This document shows positions 59,138 to 64,000 of a DNA stretch of 64,000 nt, in pieces. The translations under genes and the position numbers were made by a program. The notes beneath the pieces were generated by a model that saw only the letters and a list, made by a program, of their open reading frames with translations, did not search any database and had not been told where the DNA came from. Source of the stretch: an uncultured Chloroflexia bacterium. Its GTDB lineage: Bacteria > Chloroflexota > Anaerolineae > CG2-30-64-16. The stretch is from assembly GCA_963774265.1 (NCBI GenBank), contig CAVZDU010000005.1, forward strand, positions 224,001-288,000, read 5' to 3'. Position 1 is the first letter of the stretch. Each line of letters begins with the position of its first letter.

Positions 59138-62100
59138 ATGTCGCAACTCAGGCTGCACCTGCTCGGAACGCCGATCATCGAGCTGGACGGCTCGCCGGTC
59201 GAGATGGACACCCGCAAGGCTGTCGCACTTCTGGCTTACCTGGCCGTGACCGGGCGGGCGCACGGCCGCGAGGCGTTGGCCGCGCTGTTCTGGCTCGACT
59301 ACGACCAGGCCAGGGCGTACGCCAACCTGCGGCGGACCCTCTGGACGCTGAATAAGACGCTGGGAGAGGCCTGGCTGGATGCCGGCGCAGAGGCCGTCAG
59401 CCTGGCGCCCTCAGTCGCGAGGGGCGCAGGGCTTCTGGGTGGACGTCGCCGAGTTCCGCGGCCGGCTGGCGGAGGGCGGCGGGGGCGGCAAGGTTGCGGC
59501 TCGGCATGGCCATGCGGCGTCCGAGACGTGTCCCGCTCTGCCTGGCTGCCCTGGCCGGGGCCGCCGCGCTCTATCGCGGGGACTTCCTCGCCGGCTTCAC
59601 TCTGCGCGATAGCCCCGACTTCGATGAATGGCAATTCTTCCAGGCTGAGACGCTGCGCCGCGAGCTGGCCGAGGCACTGGAACGTCTGGCAGAGGGACAC
59701 GCGGCGACGCACGACTGGGAGCCGGCCATCGGCTACGCGCGACGCTGGCTGGCGCTCGATCCCCTCCAGGAACCCGCCCACCGCGAATTGATGCGGCTCT
59801 ACGTCGCGGCGGGCCAGCGGAATGCCGCACTGCGCCAGTACACCGAGTGCGCCCGCATCCTGAAAGAGGAGGTCGGCGCGGCGCCGGAGGCGGAGACCAC
59901 TGCGCTCTATGAGCGAATTCATGCCGGAGGCTTGACGCCGCCGCCCCATGCCGCGGCGCCAAGCCTCACGCCTGCTCCGCCGGCCAGGCCAGCCCACGCC
60001 AATCTGCCCCCTCAGGCCACCGCCTTCGTCGGCCGCAGCGCCGAGCTGGCGGAGATTTCCCGATTGCTGGCAGATCCCGCCTGTCGCCTGCTCACCCTGG
60101 TGGGGCCGGGCGGCATCGGTAAGACGCGGCTGGCCATCCAGGCAGCCGCAGTACGAGGTGTGAACTACCCCGATGGGGCTTGCTTCGTGCCGCTGGCCGC
60201 GGTCGGCTCGCCCGGGATGGTGGCGCCGGCGATAGCCGCCGCGTTGGGCCTGGCGCTGGGCGAGGCGCGCACGGGTGACCAGCCGGGGGAGAGCATCCAG
60301 GCGCAGCTTCTCGACTACCTGCGCAGCCGGGAGCTGCTGCTCGTGCTCGATAACTTCGAGCACCTGATCGGCCGGGTGGATGGGCAGGCTGACGCGGTCG
60401 ACCTGGTGGCGGAGATTTTGGCATCCGCGCAGCAAGTGAAGCTGTTGGTCACGTCGCGAGCGCGGCTCAACATGCACGGCGAGTGGCTGCTTTCCGTGCA
60501 CGGGATGGCCTACCCCCAGTCCATACGCTCTTCTGTCGCCGGGGGCGACTGCGAGACCGCGGCGGAGACGCCGGCCCTCGCCGCGGCCGAAGAGGGCATG
60601 ACGTTGGCATCCTACAGCGCGGTCCAGCTCTTCCTGCAAAACGCGCGCCGCGTCGAGCCGGGGCTCGCTCCGGCGGAGGTTGACCTGACCTCCATCGCCG
60701 GTATCTGCCGGACGGTGGAGGGCATGCCGTTGGCCATCGAGCTGGCGTCGGCCTGGACCCGGCTGCTGCCGGCCGCGGAAATCGCAGCCGAGATCGAGCG
60801 GAACCTGGATTTTCTGACTGCCTCGGAGCGGGGCCTGCCCGAACGGCATCGCAGCCTGGCCGCGGTGTTCGAGCATTCGTGGCGGCTGCTCGACGAGGAG
60901 GAGCGCCGCGTCTTCGCCGGATTGGCGGTCTTCCGGGGCGGGTTCACCCGCGATGCAGCCGCGCACGTGGCCGGTGCGACGCTGGCGACGCTGTCATCGC
61001 TCGGCGACAAGTCGCTCCTGCACCGCTCCCCCGCAGGCCCGGGCCAGGCGGAGGCCCGGTACGATCTGCACGAGGTCCTGAAGCAGTATGCCGCGGGGAA
61101 GCTGGCCGAGATGCCGGGGGCAGCCGAGCAGGTCCGGGCGCGGCACGCCGCGTACTACGGTGACCTGTTGGCTCACCTGGAGACCGAATTCAAGGGTCCC
61201 GGGCAACTCGCGGCTGCGGCGCGACTGCAGATCGAGGAGGCCAACGTGCGCGTGACCTTGGACTGGCTCATCGAGAATAACCCTGGCGCGCTTCGCCGCG
61301 CATTGATAGCGCTGATCCTGTACACCGACATGAGGCTCGGGCTCGTCTCCCAAGGGGAAGAGGCGCTGCGGTCGGCGCTGGCCCACCTGCGGTCGCTCCA
61401 CGCGGCAGAACCAGGCTGCGAAGAGGTGACCGTTTCCCTGGCCCTGGCCTTGGCGTGGGGTGCGGAATTTGCCGAGATGCGTGATCGACGCGAAGAGGCT
61501 GTGCCGCTGTATGGCGAGGCAGTGGCCACCGCACGCGTGCTGCCCGACAGAATCGAAAAGGCGCTTGCATTCGCGCTGGCCGGTTTCGGATTGGGAATTC
61601 TGCCGTTCGATGAGTCGTACGGGCTCTACCGGCAGAGCCTCGAGATTGCGCAAGAAAGGGACGATCGTTGGGCCGCCGCCGCCGTCAACCTGGTTTGGGC
61701 CACAACGCTCTCATATGTGTGGGACACGAGCGGCGTGATCGCAGCGTCGTTTGACTCCGCCGAGCGCATCGCGCTTTGCCGCAAGAGCCTGGCTGTCTTC
61801 GAAGCCTTGGGCGACCGCTGGCGGGTGGCCGGATGTTACGCTGCCATGACGGACATCGCTCGCTGGGCGGGCGACTACGCTGCGGCTCATGAGTTTTCGC
61901 TCAGAAGCCTGGTGCTCTATCAAGAGCTGGGGGATCGACAGACGAACGTGGGCGTCCGCTTTCAGATGGGGCTAATCGCCATGGACCAAGGCGCTTATGA
62001 TGAGGCCCGCAGCTACTTTGAGGAGGACCTGGCGTTCCTGACCGAAATGGGCCGCCGCAGGCAGCTTGCCTCGCATCTTGGCTGCCTGGGTTGGGTGGCT

Positions 62101-62680
62101 TACTGTCAGGGCCAGATCGAGCGATCTGAGGCCTGCCACCGCCGCAGCCTGGAGCTCTATCAACAACTCGATGATATCGGCGGCATAGCCATGGCCCTGA
62201 ACAGCCTGGGCAATATCGCCCGGGCGAGTGCGAACTACCCTGAAGCTGAGCGACTGTATGGTGAGGGCACCGCTCTTGCCGACGGCATCGATTACGGGTG
62301 GGTCAGCACGATCGGCCATCGGAACCTTGGGGAGCTGGCCCTGGTGCTGGGCGATCTCCCCCGGGCAGAGACGGAGCTGCGAAGGGCGTTGCGTACGGCA
62401 GCCGGGATCGATAACCCGGGTGAGCTTCTTGACACCCTCGAGGGCTGGGCCGGGCTCCTGGATCGCCGGGGCCGCGTCTGAGGACGCAGTCGAGCTGCTG
62501 GCCCTGATTGCACGCCATATCGCGACGCCGCCTATCGTCCGCCAGGACACCGGGCAGAGGTTAGCGGAACTTGCTGCGGCATTGCCTCCGGACCAGTTTG
62601 CCGCGGCCCGTCGGCGCGGCGAGAGCCTGGAACTGGCCGGCTGGCTGGCCGGGCACGGCGAGCTCATCGGTGACGTATGA
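59138..62680 (+). CDS. AfsR/SARP-family regulator: wHTH + BTAD + NB-ARC/STAND + TPR (indels near 59430-59530 and 62470)
   Basis: LHLLGTP..RKAVALLAYLA..REALAALFW; LYRGDFLAGF...FDEWQ...LDPLQEPAHRELMRLY; GPGGIGKTRLA; LVLDNFEH; EGMPLAIELA; TPR-like repeats. Confidence 0.92.
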
Positions 62681-62705
62681 AGCGCATTGTCAGGAGGAGC
62701 GCAAG

Positions 62706-63863
62706 ATGAAGCGATCTGGCCAGAGCATCCAAACAGAAGGTCAGTCCGACGCCGCGATCACGGCCCGCGGGAACGCCGCATTCGCCCTCGATCTCTACCG
62801 GATCCTCGCCGCGGAGAGCGGCAACCTGTGTTTCTCGCCCTACTCCATCTCGACCGCGCTCGCGATGACCTATGCCGGCGCGCGGGGTGAGACCGAGCTG
62901 CAAATGGCACAGGCGCTGCACTTCATGCTCGAAGGGGCGCGGCTGCATCCTGCCTTTGCGGAACTGGAGGCCGCGCTGCGAGCCAGCCAGGACCAGGGCC
63001 ATGTCCTGATGCAGGTCGCCAACAAGCTGTGGCCCCAGGTGGGTTACCCTTTTCTTGAGGAGTTCCTGGCGCTGACCAAGGCATACTACGGCGTGTCGAT
63101 CACCCCGGTCGATTACGGCGATCCCGAGGCCGCGCGCCTCGCGATCAACGCCTGGGTCGGGGAGAAAACGCATGAGAAGATCAAGGACCTGATCGGTCCC
63201 GGGCTCCTGAGCCCGATGACGACGCTGGTCCTGGTCAACGCGATCTACTTCAAGGGGAACTGGGCGAGGCAGTTTGACCCACAACGGACGGAGCCGGCTC
63301 CGTTCTGGAGAACGACCGCAGATAAAGTCGAAGTGTCCATGATGCACCAGACCGCGCATTTCGGCTACGCTGAGATCGCAGGCTGCCAGATACTCGAGCT
63401 GCCCTATGTGGGCGAGGATCTGGCGATGACCTTCCTGCTGCCCGCGGACCCTGGCGGGTTCGCGGCGCTCGAGACGGCCCTGACGGTCGAGGATCTGGAG
63501 CGGTGGACGGGTAACCTCTGGGAAGACGAAGTGGAGGTCTACCTGCCGCGCTTTAAGGTGACCGGCGCGTTCGAGCTGGGCAAAGCGCTCAAGTCGCTGG
63601 GGATGGTCGATGCCTTTGGCCCCGCAGATTTTTCCGGCATGGACGGCACGCTTTCACTGTTCATCTCAGCCGTCGTGCACCAGGCGTTCGTCGAGGTGAA
63701 TGAGGAAGGCGCGGAGGCGGCCGCTGCCACCGCGGTGATCATGGGCAGGGGCATGCCCATGCCGCGGCCCGTCTTCCGCGCCGACCACCCGTTCCTCTTC
63801 CTGCTGCGCGACCGGCGCACCGGCGGCATTCTCTTTATGGGCAGGGTCGCGGATCCGGCGTGA
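62706..63863 (+). CDS. Serpin (serine protease inhibitor), no signal peptide
   Basis: NLCFSPYSISTALAMTYAGARGET, INAWV..KT..KI, LVNAIYFKGNW, YLPRFK, hinge NEEGAEAAAATA, FRADHPFLF, ILFMGRV; AGGAGG RBS. Confidence 0.95.
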   Translation: MKRSGQSIQTEGQSDAAITARGNAAFALDLYRILAAESGNLCFSPYSISTALAMTYAGARGETELQMAQALHFMLEGARLHPAFAELEAALRASQDQGHVLMQVANKLWPQVGYPFLEEFLALTKAYYGVSITPVDYGDPEAARLAINAWVGEKTHEKIKDLIGPGLLSPMTTLVLVNAIYFKGNWARQFDPQRTEPAPFWRTTADKVEVSMMHQTAHFGYAEIAGCQILELPYVGEDLAMTFLLPADPGGFAALETALTVEDLERWTGNLWEDEVEVYLPRFKVTGAFELGKALKSLGMVDAFGPADFSGMDGTLSLFISAVVHQAFVEVNEEGAEAAAATAVIMGRGMPMPRPVFRADHPFLFLLRDRRTGGILFMGRVADPA

Positions 63864-63870
63864 CGAGCGC

Positions 63871-64000
63871 TCACAGCGAAACGTACCAGCGTCGCTTATC
63901 GAGCCACCACCCGATCCAACTCAGAATGGCGATCAAGGCCGCAGCCTGCAGGCCGACCAGCCACAGCGGCGCGTCGACATACCAGCCGGGGAGGGACGGC
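63871..64000 (-). CDS. C-terminus of a membrane protein (possibly DUF5009/HGSNAT-like), partial
   Basis: Manual translation ...PGWYVDAPLWLVGLQAAALIAILSWIGWWLDKRRWYVSL-stop. Confidence 0.5.
   Translation of the reverse strand, partial: PSLPGWYVDAPLWLVGLQAAALIAILSWIGWWLDKRRWYVSL

Noticed and set aside
1202-62680. Widespread frameshifts as programmed recoding or mass pseudogenisation
   Set aside because: They hit unrelated and likely needed genes (acd, hdrA, hdrB) with no shared slippery motif and no in-frame stops noticed; sequencing error is more parsimonious.
1-64000. CRISPR array, tRNA, rRNA, prophage or integron
   Set aside because: No repeat-spacer periodicity, RNA gene signature, phage gene or integrase recognised by eye; tandem repeats found are coding. 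A covariance-model search was not possible.

Overview
GC-rich bacterial chromosomal segment. Gene content and a GAAC-N4-GTTC LexA-type box suggest an anaerobic Chloroflexota (Anaerolineae-like) genome; this is inference. Many genes are split by 1-nt indels, including housekeeping ones, so most frameshifts are probably long-read consensus errors, and CDS limits are given for the reconstructed genes. Contents in order: a partial STAND-ATPase regulator next to a DUF4242 / secreted repeat protein / ScyD-E-like operon; a LexA-boxed radical SAM HhH gene; a hydrolase/kinase/aminotransferase run; an orphan BY-kinase; a TolB-like/adaptor/RND operon whose adaptor is interrupted at the lipobox by an IS630, with a divergent two-component system; ADP-forming acetyl-CoA synthetase plus a DRTGG protein; iscS-mnmA; nnr; a YfhO-like protein; tandem thioredoxin; a toxin-antitoxin islet (higBA with an IrrE-like domain, relBE) among gene remnants; a full hdrCBA-flxDCBA cluster; an intact 12-kb operon with two RND permeases, an ABC transporter, a hairpin-less adaptor and two lipoproteins (best candidate for an undescribed system); a Fpg/Nei homolog lacking catalytic Pro2; and a SARP-STAND-TPR regulator between a divergent ParB/Srx-like gene (SARP-type direct repeats in its promoter) and a cytoplasmic serpin. 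No rRNA, tRNA or CRISPR array was recognised.
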